DNA of 64,000 bases from Candidatus Latescibacterota bacterium (lineage in GTDB: Bacteria > Latescibacterota > UBA2968). This document shows positions 36,330 through 45,480 of the stretch, one piece after another. The number at the start of each line of letters is the position of its first letter. The stretch's first letter is position 1. The DNA lies in contig OZ240241.1 in assembly GCA_965198115.1 (NCBI GenBank), forward strand, positions 2,688,001 to 2,752,000, written 5' to 3'. Below the pieces are notes generated by a model that saw nothing but the letters and a program-made list of their open reading frames with translations, did no database searches and was not told where the DNA came from. A program made the position numbers and the translations under genes.

Positions 36330-37100
36330 CTAAACGACGAAGATCGGAGTGGGACGGTCGGGACGGGCGACGTCGATTTGAAAATGCCGACCCATCCCGT
36401 TGAGACCAGCCTCACACGTCGCACGCGCGATTTCGGGACGATTGTTCTCCTGGCTCAGGTGTGCCAGCACCGCGTGCCGCAACCCTTGTTCTGCCAATCG
36501 CCCGATCGCCTCCGCCGAATCGTCGTTGGCCAGGTGTCCGTGCGTGCTGCTGATGCGCCGCTTGAGGTGCCACGGGTAGGATCCGTTCATCAGCAGATCG
36601 CGATCGTAGTTCGACTCCATAATGACCATATCCGCGCCCTGCAGACGATCGAATACGAGCGGGGTCACCTTGCCCATATCCGTCGCGACGGCGACCCGCG
36701 TCTCTCCATCCTCGACCACGAAATTGACGGGGTCAGCAGCGTCGTGCGAAATCGAGAAGGCTCTTGCACGAAGATCGCCGACGGTAAACGTCTCGTCATT
36801 CTCGATCAGCCGGATGCGTTCACGCCCTCGGAACCGACGGCGGGCTGCGTCGAGCGTCCCCCGTGTCATCCAAACGGGGCAGCGAAGCTTCCGCGCCAGC
36901 ACACCGACGCCCGTCACGTGATCCTGGTGCTCGTGGCTGACGAGAATGCCGTGCAGCTTTTTGAGCTCGACGCCGATAGCGGCCAGGCGTTTTGTAATCT
37001 CCTTCGCGGACAGGCCCGCATCGATCAGCAGGCGCGTTGCACCCTTTTGGACGTAGATGGCGTTCCCCGTGCTGCCACTCGCGAGGACGGAAACCTGCAT
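36330..37100 (-). CDS. Metallo-beta-lactamase fold hydrolase (YycJ/WalJ-like)
   Basis: LASGSTGN, LIDAG, SHEHQDH, SHDA, ESNYD, GHLAN, AHLSQENN. Confidence 0.9.
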   Translation of the reverse strand: MQVSVLASGSTGNAIYVQKGATRLLIDAGLSAKEITKRLAAIGVELKKLHGILVSHEHQDHVTGVGVLARKLRCPVWMTRGTLDAARRRFRGRERIRLIENDETFTVGDLRARAFSISHDAADPVNFVVEDGETRVAVATDMGKVTPLVFDRLQGADMVIMESNYDRDLLMNGSYPWHLKRRISSTHGHLANDDSAEAIGRLAEQGLRHAVLAHLSQENNRPEIARATCEAGLNGMGRHFQIDVARPDRPTPIFVV

Positions 37101-37101
37101 C

Positions 37102-38331
37102 TCAGCCCCCACTCCGTTCAAAGGCCATACTCGCGAATGACACGAATGAGTTCCGTTCGTCGTCGATGGTGTAGTCGTACTTCAGTAACTGGCCATCCGA
37201 GCCGTCCAGGACCTTCAGCATTGTGTAAATCGACGACGTCCCGCACACGCGGTTGCGATCGCCCTCCCCTCGAATACACGCGAAGAACGCTTCTGGATCA
37301 CCCGTTTTCGCCACATCGATCAGGTTGCGATCGGCCTTCTCCACCCGCGACACGAAGTCATCGTCGAGCGGCTCCTCGTCGCCGAACTGTCGCCCCACGT
37401 GACTGAAGTCCACGCCCGAGATCATCGTGACGGCGCGGCCATCTTCTTCGATCGCGTCACGCAACGCCTCGACCATCTCACACACCCCGGGCAGATCGAC
37501 GGGCGACGCATCGGCCTCGACTGCCTCGTGGAACGACCCGCACAAGATGGGCACGAACGTGATCTCCTCATCCGGGAACAGATACTTGAGAAACACCGTC
37601 TGAAACTCGATCGAGTGCTCGGACTTGTGCGCGTATTCATCCTCGTATAAATCCGTCGACGTGCGTGCGGTGATCGCATCGATCAACCTCTCGTCGGCCG
37701 CCAACGGGCCGAATGGCGTCTCGAACGTCTTCCTGGTCGTCGAGTAGAGCGCCCTCGACTGGTGGCCCGTCCCGAACACGATATAGACGTCAGCCTTCGT
37801 AGCCTCAGCCAATTGTCGATAGGCCCAGGCGAAGGCCGGACCGCCACGACTGAAATCGACGTGGGGGGCGATCAGGCCGTTCAGGACGGTGCCGTTGCGA
37901 CTTCCTGGCCGCCCGGGGCCAGACGCGTCCGTGAAGAACCCGTCGATCAGTTGACGTAGTTCCGCGGGGTCCTTCGGGTAGGACGCACCAGCGTGTACGG
38001 CGGGCCTCACGATGGACTCTCTGTAGACCCGGACTCGTGCGTCGCGATGCTGCCTGAACCGATCGCTATCGAGCAACAGGGCGTCGTCCAGAGACCGGAT
38101 CAGATTCTCGACCTGGTTTTGGTGAATCGTGAGACTCGTTCTCGACTGATAGGCGTCACACAATTCCTGTGGTGACAGACTGCCGTCCATCAGAACCATC
38201 AGGTGGAATGTGTGAAGGGGCACACCGATCCCCTCCTTGCAGAACCCTTCGGGGTCGCGCAGATAGACCATACGCTCGCTCTCGACCTCTACGGGAAAGG
38301 GTTCAACGTATCGGAGTTTGGGATTGGTCAT
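37102..38331 (-). CDS. MEMO1/AmmeMemoRadiSam protein B family, long form
   Basis: HAGASYP, IAPHVD, EHSIEFQ, SGVDFSHVG, VCG. Confidence 0.88.
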   Translation of the reverse strand: MTNPKLRYVEPFPVEVESERMVYLRDPEGFCKEGIGVPLHTFHLMVLMDGSLSPQELCDAYQSRTSLTIHQNQVENLIRSLDDALLLDSDRFRQHRDARVRVYRESIVRPAVHAGASYPKDPAELRQLIDGFFTDASGPGRPGSRNGTVLNGLIAPHVDFSRGGPAFAWAYRQLAEATKADVYIVFGTGHQSRALYSTTRKTFETPFGPLAADERLIDAITARTSTDLYEDEYAHKSEHSIEFQTVFLKYLFPDEEITFVPILCGSFHEAVEADASPVDLPGVCEMVEALRDAIEEDGRAVTMISGVDFSHVGRQFGDEEPLDDDFVSRVEKADRNLIDVAKTGDPEAFFACIRGEGDRNRVCGTSSIYTMLKVLDGSDGQLLKYDYTIDDERNSFVSFASMAFERSGG

Positions 38332-38483
38332 CTAGCATTGAGGATCGAGAATTGAAGGATAGGCGGTGTCTTCCCCGTCTACGGCATTTTCGGGGTGACA
38401 GATTTCCTCGCAACCGGAATTCCAAGGAGATTGAACAGGATCGCAGGGAAGATGTGCTAAGTATAGTCTGGCCCCCATCCAAG

Positions 38484-40793
38484 TCAAGAATCAGTCTCGG
38501 AAACCTCCGAGTCGGGCGTCGCGACCCTGGCGACCAGGATGCTTACCTCATAGAGGAGGATCAGCGGGAGGGCCATCATCAGCTGCGAAATCGGATCGGG
38601 AGGCGTCAGAAAGGCGGCGAGCACGAATCCTCCGACGAGGGCGAAACGTCTCCCCACCCTCATCGTATCTGCAGTGACCAGGCCGACCTTCGCCAGAAAA
38701 AATGTCGCGACCGGCAGCTCGAAGACGACCCCGAACGCGACGAGGAGCCTCAAGACGAACCCGATGTACATTCCGATGTCAAATTGGGCAACGACCTCCG
38801 TATTCGTCGTCAACCCTACGAGAAACCTGAGCGAAAGAGGGACGACGCCGTAATAGGCGATCGCTGCGCCCGACAGGAAGCAGATCGTGAACGAAATGAT
38901 GATGAAGGATACATACCGACGCTCCATCGGAAAGAGCCCCGGGGCGATGAACGTCCAAACCTGATACAGCAGCCACGGGAGAGACAGTATCACGCCACCC
39001 ACGAGGGCGATATTCAGCTTCACCATGAACATCCCCATCGGCTTCAACGTCACGAGCACGTGATCGGGGTTCATCGTGTGATAGGGCGTCGTCAACAACG
39101 ATAGAATCGCATCACCGAAAACACCGCACACGATTGCACCGACGACGATGCCCCCCAATCCCCGAAGCAAGTTCCACCGAAGCTCCTCGAGATGGTCCAG
39201 AAACGGCATCGGGCGATCATCCTCTGGACCGTCATAGGCTTCCAGCCTTTCCTCGCTTTCTCCTTCCTGTAGCGAGGTCGATGCCGTCGAGTTCTCCTCT
39301 CGAGTCGTCCAGGCCATCACAACGGCTAGGACCGTCACGACCAGACAAGCGAATCCAAAGACGTTTCCAAAACGCGTGTAGACAGTCGTCACGTCATTCA
39401 GCGAAATCGTGGAAGTCAACAAGGCCTCGTGAAAGATGCCTGTCGTTTCGGACATCCGGCCGTACGGATCCACGAACGCCGACACGCCCGTATTCGCGCT
39501 ACGCACGACCGAGCGCCGATTCTCGATCGCTCGAAACACAGCCAGTTGCGCGTGCTGGTAGGGCCCTGAGGTCACGCCGAAATAGCCGTCGTTCGTGATC
39601 ACCACCAGGAATTCAGCGCCTCCCCGAACAAGCTCGAAAGCCTGCTGTGGGAAGACCGAATCGAAGCAGATCATCGATCCGAACGACGTTTCTCCAACGT
39701 CGAACACTGTGAACTGTTCTCCTGAATCCCAGTTGGCAGCGATGAAACCTCCTCCGCTGAACTGGATCTCGCGCAGCCACGGCAATAAGTCCGGAAACGG
39801 CGTTCGCTCACCGAACGGCACCAGCCGCATCTTGTCGTAACGCGGCAGCTCTTGACTCCCGGGCCGGAGCAGGAAGGATGAGTTGAACGATCGCCGGCGA
39901 CCTTCGTGCTCGTCGAGGTGATTGGCCCCGGTGTAGATCGCCACATCGAGCGAATCGACCAGACGCTGAACGCGGTCGCGATAGTGCTGATTGGCTCGAA
40001 GCCCCAGATAGGCCGGCACCGCCGTCTCCGGCCAGACCACGAGATCGGCCCCTCTCGAAACGGCCTCGACCGTCTGCTTCGTCAGGATGGTGAAGTGATA
40101 GTCGAACGGCCGGTATTCTTTGGCCCGGGGCTCGAGATTCGGCTGGGCGATGCCCACGGTCAGAGTCCGATCGCCCGGTTTCGCGTTCGACAGCGTCAGC
40201 CACCCGTGCACAAGCGGGGTCACGACCACGATGGCGAGCGCGATCCACGTCCTCACGTCGCCCTGTCTCCATAGCTGAAACAGAACCAGGTTGATCAGCA
40301 CAATCCAAAATGACACACCGAAGACGCCGGTCACGTCCGCATACTGGATCGCCGGCAGATAGGTGCTCTGCGAGAGTGCCAGAAGGGCCCACGGAAAGCC
40401 CAGATCGCCCAGGCTGTTGAAATACTCGAATCCGACCCAGATGAAGGGCGCCGCCCACGCCGCCGTCGATCCGAATCGCCGAATGCAGGTCGCCGTCGTC
40501 CAGACGACAAGAGCGCGAAACACCGTCATATATAGAACGGCCGCGAGCACACCCGGGCCCGTGATCCAGCTGATCCAATAGAGGGTCGGGGCATAGAAAG
40601 CGATGCCGTGGACGGCACCGGTGATGAAAGCGGCACGTCCGTGGATCACGTGACAGCTCATCAGAAGGGGAATCAGACCGACGTAGGCCAGGAATCCTAG
40701 GGGAAGTGGCGGCAGGGACAATGCGAGGAGGAGACCGGAGATTGCCGGCAGGGCGATTTGGGTGATCGCGGTGGATGGGTTGGGTTGGTTCAT
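38484..40793 (-). CDS. lnt-tatC: Single ORF fusing apolipoprotein N-acyltransferase Lnt to twin-arginine translocase TatC
   Basis: GFPW, VWPETA, YDKMRLVPFGE, ICFDS, ITNDGYFG, RAIENRR, RSANTG, YTRFG, acidic linker, then MPFLDHLEELR, YQVWTFIAPGL, FGVVFELP, LTPPDPISQ, LYEVS. Confidence 0.92.
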   Translation of the reverse strand: MNQPNPSTAITQIALPAISGLLLALSLPPLPLGFLAYVGLIPLLMSCHVIHGRAAFITGAVHGIAFYAPTLYWISWITGPGVLAAVLYMTVFRALVVWTTATCIRRFGSTAAWAAPFIWVGFEYFNSLGDLGFPWALLALSQSTYLPAIQYADVTGVFGVSFWIVLINLVLFQLWRQGDVRTWIALAIVVVTPLVHGWLTLSNAKPGDRTLTVGIAQPNLEPRAKEYRPFDYHFTILTKQTVEAVSRGADLVVWPETAVPAYLGLRANQHYRDRVQRLVDSLDVAIYTGANHLDEHEGRRRSFNSSFLLRPGSQELPRYDKMRLVPFGERTPFPDLLPWLREIQFSGGGFIAANWDSGEQFTVFDVGETSFGSMICFDSVFPQQAFELVRGGAEFLVVITNDGYFGVTSGPYQHAQLAVFRAIENRRSVVRSANTGVSAFVDPYGRMSETTGIFHEALLTSTISLNDVTTVYTRFGNVFGFACLVVTVLAVVMAWTTREENSTASTSLQEGESEERLEAYDGPEDDRPMPFLDHLEELRWNLLRGLGGIVVGAIVCGVFGDAILSLLTTPYHTMNPDHVLVTLKPMGMFMVKLNIALVGGVILSLPWLLYQVWTFIAPGLFPMERRYVSFIIISFTICFLSGAAIAYYGVVPLSLRFLVGLTTNTEVVAQFDIGMYIGFVLRLLVAFGVVFELPVATFFLAKVGLVTADTMRVGRRFALVGGFVLAAFLTPPDPISQLMMALPLILLYEVSILVARVATPDSEVSETDS

Positions 40794-40840
40794 AGATGCT
40801 GGATGCGAAGGGTAAGAGGTGATTGCTGGGTTTCCGCGCG

Positions 40841-40869
40841 AATATAAACGAGGCCAAAACGGGAGTCAA
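40841..40869 (-). promoter_or_regulatory. Putative sigma70 promoter of lnt-tatC
   Basis: TTGACT-17 nt-TATATT. Confidence 0.6.
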
Positions 40870-40914
40870 TTTCCGACATTTTGCAAGTCAACGAATTACA
40901 ACGGGTTCCGTCCG

Positions 40915-40943
40915 TTGACAGCGCTGACGCCCGCTTGTATTAT
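40915..40943 (+). promoter_or_regulatory. Putative sigma70 promoter of bioF
   Basis: TTGACA-17 nt-TATTAT. Confidence 0.7.
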
Positions 40944-40951
40944 CGGCCACG

Positions 40952-42118
40952 ATGTTACCCGACCTGACCTCTGAACTCGCCGATCTCGAGCGGAACGATC
41001 TGCGTCGACGGCTGCGCACGGTCGAGCGAGCCGGTGACACGATCATCTCCGTCGACGGCCGCGAGTGCGTGTTGTTCTGCTCGAACAACTACCTCAGCCT
41101 CTCCACGCATCCCTCCCTGCGACGTGCCGCATCGATCGCGATCGACACCTACGGTGCGAGCTCGGTCGCATCCGCGCTCATCTGTGGCCACACGTCCGCA
41201 CACGATGAAGCACACGCTCGAATCGCATCCCTCATCGGCGCAGAGAGCGCCCTCTCGTTCCCCACCGGGTATGCGGCGAATCTCGGCGCCGTTACTACGC
41301 TCGTCGGGAAGGGCGACGCCGTTTACAGCGACGCGCTCAACCACCGCAGCCTCATAGACGCCTGCCGCCTCTCCCGCGCCAACGTTCACATCTACCGCCA
41401 CCGGGACGTCCACCATCTTGCAGAACTGGTTTCAGCCAACCCGGAAGCACGGCGACACCTGATCGCGACCGATGGTGTCTTCAGTATGGACGGTGACCTC
41501 GCGCCCTTACCCGAGCTCGTCGATCTCGCTGAACAAAAAGAGGCTATGCTCCTGGTCGACGACGCACACGCCACAGGCGTCTTCGGACAGCGTGGCGGCG
41601 GAACGGGAGACCACTTCGGCCTATCCGATCGAATCGATGTCCTCACCACCTCGGCCAGCAAAGGGCTCGGAAGCTTCGGGGGATACGTCGCCGGATCAGA
41701 GCAGTTAATCGAACTCATCATCAATCGGGCCGGGACCTACATCTTCACGTCCGCGCTCCCCCCGGAGCATTGTGCGGCAACCACGGCAGCCGTCGAACGC
41801 GTGCGAGATGAACCCCAACGACGCCAACGAGTCCTCTCTTTGGCTGCAGACGTCCGCGGCCGATTGTGCGAACTCGGTTTCGACACGCTCGATTCGTCCT
41901 CGCAGATCATCCCCATCGTCATCGGTGACGCCCAGCGGACGATCGAGGTTGCCAACCACCTGTTCGAGCGTGGGATCTACCTGTTGGGCATCCGCCCGCC
42001 GACCGTCCCCGAGGGGTCGAGTCGGTTGCGGCTTTCGCTAATGGCGGATCACACTGATGAACAGATCGATCAATTGCACGTGGGGCTTGTGGAGGTAAAG
42101 GAAAAGTTAGGGTTGTAA
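40952..42118 (+). CDS. bioF: 8-amino-7-oxononanoate synthase
   Basis: FCSNNYLSL, DALNH, DGVFSMDGD, DDAH, SASKGLG, IFTSALPP, IRPPTVP. Confidence 0.88.
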   Translation: MLPDLTSELADLERNDLRRRLRTVERAGDTIISVDGRECVLFCSNNYLSLSTHPSLRRAASIAIDTYGASSVASALICGHTSAHDEAHARIASLIGAESALSFPTGYAANLGAVTTLVGKGDAVYSDALNHRSLIDACRLSRANVHIYRHRDVHHLAELVSANPEARRHLIATDGVFSMDGDLAPLPELVDLAEQKEAMLLVDDAHATGVFGQRGGGTGDHFGLSDRIDVLTTSASKGLGSFGGYVAGSEQLIELIINRAGTYIFTSALPPEHCAATTAAVERVRDEPQRRQRVLSLAADVRGRLCELGFDTLDSSSQIIPIVIGDAQRTIEVANHLFERGIYLLGIRPPTVPEGSSRLRLSLMADHTDEQIDQLHVGLVEVKEKLGL

Positions 42119-42153
42119 CCAGACGCGTGGAACTGAAGTCCCACGCAACTGCA

Positions 42154-42183
42154 GCCCTTCGACTACGCTCAGGATAAACTCCG
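42154..42183. repeat. Extragenic repeat, copy 1
   Basis: GCCCTTCGACTACGCTCAGGATAAACTCCG, 26/30 identical to 60811-60840; flanked by hairpins. Confidence 0.6.
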
Positions 42184-42366
42184 CCCGCTAGAGCGGGCCA
42201 GCTCAACCCATCATCGACAACGGAAACCCACCCGCCTCCCCGTGTCCGTGAAGTGGTTTCCCTCTGAGATGGTCTCCGCAGTGAAAAGTTTGATTTTCTC
42301 TCCCTCGCGGATAGATTCAAGATCATCGCTCTCCCATCGTCATTGACGTGTGATGAAGGAGGCCGA

Positions 42367-43227
42367 ATGGCCGCGAAGTTGCTCGAAGGCAAGCCTGTCG
42401 CAGACGCCGTGTTGGCGGACGTGAAGGAGCGTATCGAAAAGCTCGCCGAACGGGGTATCGTACCGGGCCTTGGCACCATCCTCGTGGGAGATGACGGGGC
42501 GAGCGCCAGCTATGTGCGGAAGAAGCACGAAACTTGCGAGGCCGTCGGAATGCGTTCGCACCACATCGGAGTCGGTGCGGGTGACTCGCAGGCTGATCTG
42601 ATCGCGGCCGTCGAAAATTTCAACACCGATCCCGACGTCGATGCCTACCTCATCCAATGGCCCGTGCCGGATGGGTTCGACTTCAACGCCGCTCTCGCGG
42701 CAATGGATCCGGACAAGGATGCCGATGGCCTGCATCCGACGAATCTGGGTAAGCTCGTTCTGCAAGAGCCCGGCCCCTTACCCTGCACACCAGCGGGCAT
42801 CCAGGCGATGTTCGTTCACTATAGGATCGACATTGCCGGCAAGGAAGTCGTCGTCGTCGGCCGCGGCCCCACGCTCGGCCGCCCCCTCTCGCTCCTGCTC
42901 ACACGAAAGATGGAGGGTGCGAACGCGGCTGTGACCGTCGTTCACACCGGGGTCTCAGACGTTTCAGCCTACACCCGTCGGGCTGACATCGTCGTCGCCG
43001 CAGCCGGTGTCTCCAACTTCGTCAAACCAGATATGATCAAACCCGGTGCCGTCGTCGTCAGTGGAGGCATTTCCTGGGAAGGCAAGAGGCTGCTGGCCGA
43101 CGTGGATGAATCGGTCGGCGACGTGGCGGGCTGGATCACCCCTAGACTCGGCGGCGTGGGGCCGACCACCGTGGCGATGCTGCTCCGAAATACGGTCGAG
43201 GCAGCGGAGAGAAGAGCCGAGCGGTAA
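42367..43227 (+). CDS. folD: Methylenetetrahydrofolate dehydrogenase/cyclohydrolase
   Basis: LVGDDGASASYVRKK, KDADGLHP, PCTP, ITPRLGGVGPTTVAML; GGAGG RBS. Confidence 0.95.
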   Translation: MAAKLLEGKPVADAVLADVKERIEKLAERGIVPGLGTILVGDDGASASYVRKKHETCEAVGMRSHHIGVGAGDSQADLIAAVENFNTDPDVDAYLIQWPVPDGFDFNAALAAMDPDKDADGLHPTNLGKLVLQEPGPLPCTPAGIQAMFVHYRIDIAGKEVVVVGRGPTLGRPLSLLLTRKMEGANAAVTVVHTGVSDVSAYTRRADIVVAAAGVSNFVKPDMIKPGAVVVSGGISWEGKRLLADVDESVGDVAGWITPRLGGVGPTTVAMLLRNTVEAAERRAER

Positions 43228-43255
43228 AACCATAACCTTTATCGAGGATCGTCGA

Positions 43256-44371
43256 ATGACCATCAAAGAACTCGACCTGTTTCCAGTCGGAACGCGGCGC
43301 GAGAACGGGACGCTCTCGCCGCACATCATTGTCAGGCTCGTCTCCGATGACGGAATCGTCGGCGCGGGGGAGATGTCCGATCTTGGTCACTTGCCGGTCA
43401 AACCCGACGTCGATCATCTCGAGTATTTACTACGCAAAGCATTGATCGGGGTCGACCCGTCGGACCCTACCGCCATCGATCCGATCGTCGACGGCAACCA
43501 GCCTCGCCTCGGGACGGGCATCGACATTGCCATTCACGACCTGCGGGCAAAGCACCTCGGCATCCCCATCCACGACCTCTACGGCGGGGCCTACCGCGAT
43601 CGCTACAAGATCTGCTATCCCATCTTCCGCCAGTTAGACGAAGCCGCCATTCCCCGGGAAATCGACCGTGTCGGTCGGATGCTCGAACAGGGCTTCGACC
43701 TCTTTCGCTTCTACGTGGGCGGGAACATCGACATCGACGATCGGATCCTCAAGGGGTGTCGCGAACGATACGGCGACCGCTTCAGCGTGAAGTCCCTCGA
43801 CTTCAGCCGTCGTCTGGACTGGAAGTCCTGTGTCGCGGCCGTGGAAGCTCTCGAGTGGGTCGAGCCGATGCTCGTCGAGAGCCCGGCGCCCGACATCCCT
43901 GGAAAGAGAAAGGCCCGCGAACGAATTCGCTTCCCCATCAGCGAACACGTCACCGACGAAGCCCAGGCCATCGCCTTTGCCGACGGCGAAGCGGTCGACA
44001 TCTTCAACATCACCACCCATTGGCTGGGTATCAAACGATCGCGCCAGATCTTTGCCCTCGCCCAGGCAACCGGCTTGGCCACGCTCATCGGTACGACGCA
44101 GGAGCTCTCGATCGGCACCTCGGCGCAAGCTCACCTCGGCGCGTCCGTTCCCAATCTCGATTACCCCGGTGACGCAGCCGGCGCGCAGCTCTATCTGGAC
44201 GATGTCGTGAAGCATCGTGTCCAGTACGAAAACGGCCATCTCCTCGTTCCCGAGGGACCCGGACTCGGGATGGAGCTCGACGAGGATCAGCTCGAAAAAC
44301 TGGGTGATCGGCAGTGGGGATTCGTGCAGGAGTTGCCGCTACAGCGACAGGAAGACCGAGGCAAAAGTTAA
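43256..44371 (+). CDS. Enolase superfamily protein, galactarate dehydratase II-like
   Basis: GEMSD..H, CYPIFR, FRFY (RxY), KSLDFS, ESPA, ISEHV, GTTQELS, matching remembered GalrD-II motifs. Confidence 0.8.
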   Translation: MTIKELDLFPVGTRRENGTLSPHIIVRLVSDDGIVGAGEMSDLGHLPVKPDVDHLEYLLRKALIGVDPSDPTAIDPIVDGNQPRLGTGIDIAIHDLRAKHLGIPIHDLYGGAYRDRYKICYPIFRQLDEAAIPREIDRVGRMLEQGFDLFRFYVGGNIDIDDRILKGCRERYGDRFSVKSLDFSRRLDWKSCVAAVEALEWVEPMLVESPAPDIPGKRKARERIRFPISEHVTDEAQAIAFADGEAVDIFNITTHWLGIKRSRQIFALAQATGLATLIGTTQELSIGTSAQAHLGASVPNLDYPGDAAGAQLYLDDVVKHRVQYENGHLLVPEGPGLGMELDEDQLEKLGDRQWGFVQELPLQRQEDRGKS

Positions 44372-44412
44372 AATGCAAAAGATAAGTTTTGGTGTCGTGA
44401 ATAATTCGATTG

Positions 44413-44438
44413 AAAAAGTGGCCCCGGGGCCACTTTTT
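44413..44438. terminator. Perfect 26-bp palindrome, probable bidirectional terminator
   Basis: AAAAAGTGGCCCCGGGGCCACTTTTT between convergent genes. Confidence 0.6.
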
Positions 44439-44530
44439 AAGTACCTATAAATACAACAGATATAAATTCGAGGTCGGACCATTTGGTGGCCTGCTTTACC
44501 CCAATTTCCATTCTCCATTTTACATTCTTA

Positions 44531-45310
44531 TTAGCCTGCCGCCATCGCCACCAGACTCCTGCCCGCAATCAGTTGTACTCCTGTAATGAGCAGGACCGTG
44601 TAGACGATCCGGTTGAACCACACCTCCGGAAAGCGCGTATTCAGAAAGATTCCGAGTCTAACGCCCGCATAGCACAAGGGCGCGAGGATCGCGATCGTCG
44701 ACAGGTGGTCGAACCTCAACAGACCCATCCCGACGTAAGGGATCAGCTTGCCCTGGTTGAGACACGCGAAGAAAATCACGGTCGTACCTACGTAGATGTG
44801 GCGGGGCAGCTTCTGGGGAAGCAGATAGATCGTCGCAGGCGGGCCCCCTGCGTGGGCCAGCGTCGACGTGAAAGCCGACACCGCTCCCATTATCACGCCC
44901 TCCGTAACACCCGGGTGCCGCTTCTCGATCAACCCGAGGAAGAGAACCCTGATCACCTGAAAAACGACGAACAGAACGGCCAGAATCCCCAGACCGATCT
45001 GAAGCATCCGTTCGTTCGTGGCGAAATAGCTGAAAAACGCCGCTCCCATCGCGATCCCGAAAATCGCTCCCGGCAGAAGGTGAGAAACACTGCGTCGGTC
45101 GAACGACCTTCGGTAGTGCAGAACCGCAAACACGTCGCACGTGATCAGAATCGGCAGCATCAAGGCTGCCGCATCGGTTACGGGAATGACAAGTGCCAAC
45201 AGCGGCGTCGCGATCACACCGACCCCACCGCCAAATCCGGCTTTCGCGATCCCTACTGATATCACAGAAACGACAGCGAGCACCCAGAAAACATCAGGAT
45301 AGTCCGGCAC
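44531..45310 (-). CDS. TauE/SafE (TSUP) family membrane protein
   Basis: GIAKAGFGGG, PLL, AHAGGPP, multiple TM helices. Confidence 0.88.
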   Translation of the reverse strand: MPDYPDVFWVLAVVSVISVGIAKAGFGGGVGVIATPLLALVIPVTDAAALMLPILITCDVFAVLHYRRSFDRRSVSHLLPGAIFGIAMGAAFFSYFATNERMLQIGLGILAVLFVVFQVIRVLFLGLIEKRHPGVTEGVIMGAVSAFTSTLAHAGGPPATIYLLPQKLPRHIYVGTTVIFFACLNQGKLIPYVGMGLLRFDHLSTIAILAPLCYAGVRLGIFLNTRFPEVWFNRIVYTVLLITGVQLIAGRSLVAMAAG

Positions 45311-45388
45311 TTCCCCTCCGCTGGATCGTTAAAGACTTGCGATCAACATAGATCCTGCCACGATCTGAGGCAATCAGAAGCCGTAACA

Positions 45389-45417
45389 TTGACTCCCCCG
45401 GACGGACCGCCTATCAT
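45389..45417 (+). promoter_or_regulatory. Putative sigma70 promoter
   Basis: TTGACT-17 nt-TATCAT upstream of 45481. Confidence 0.55.
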
Positions 45418-45480
45418 TGCCAACCGGCACTGATCAACACCTTACTTGACGGCCACTAGCCGGATAGGAGAAGCACGACG

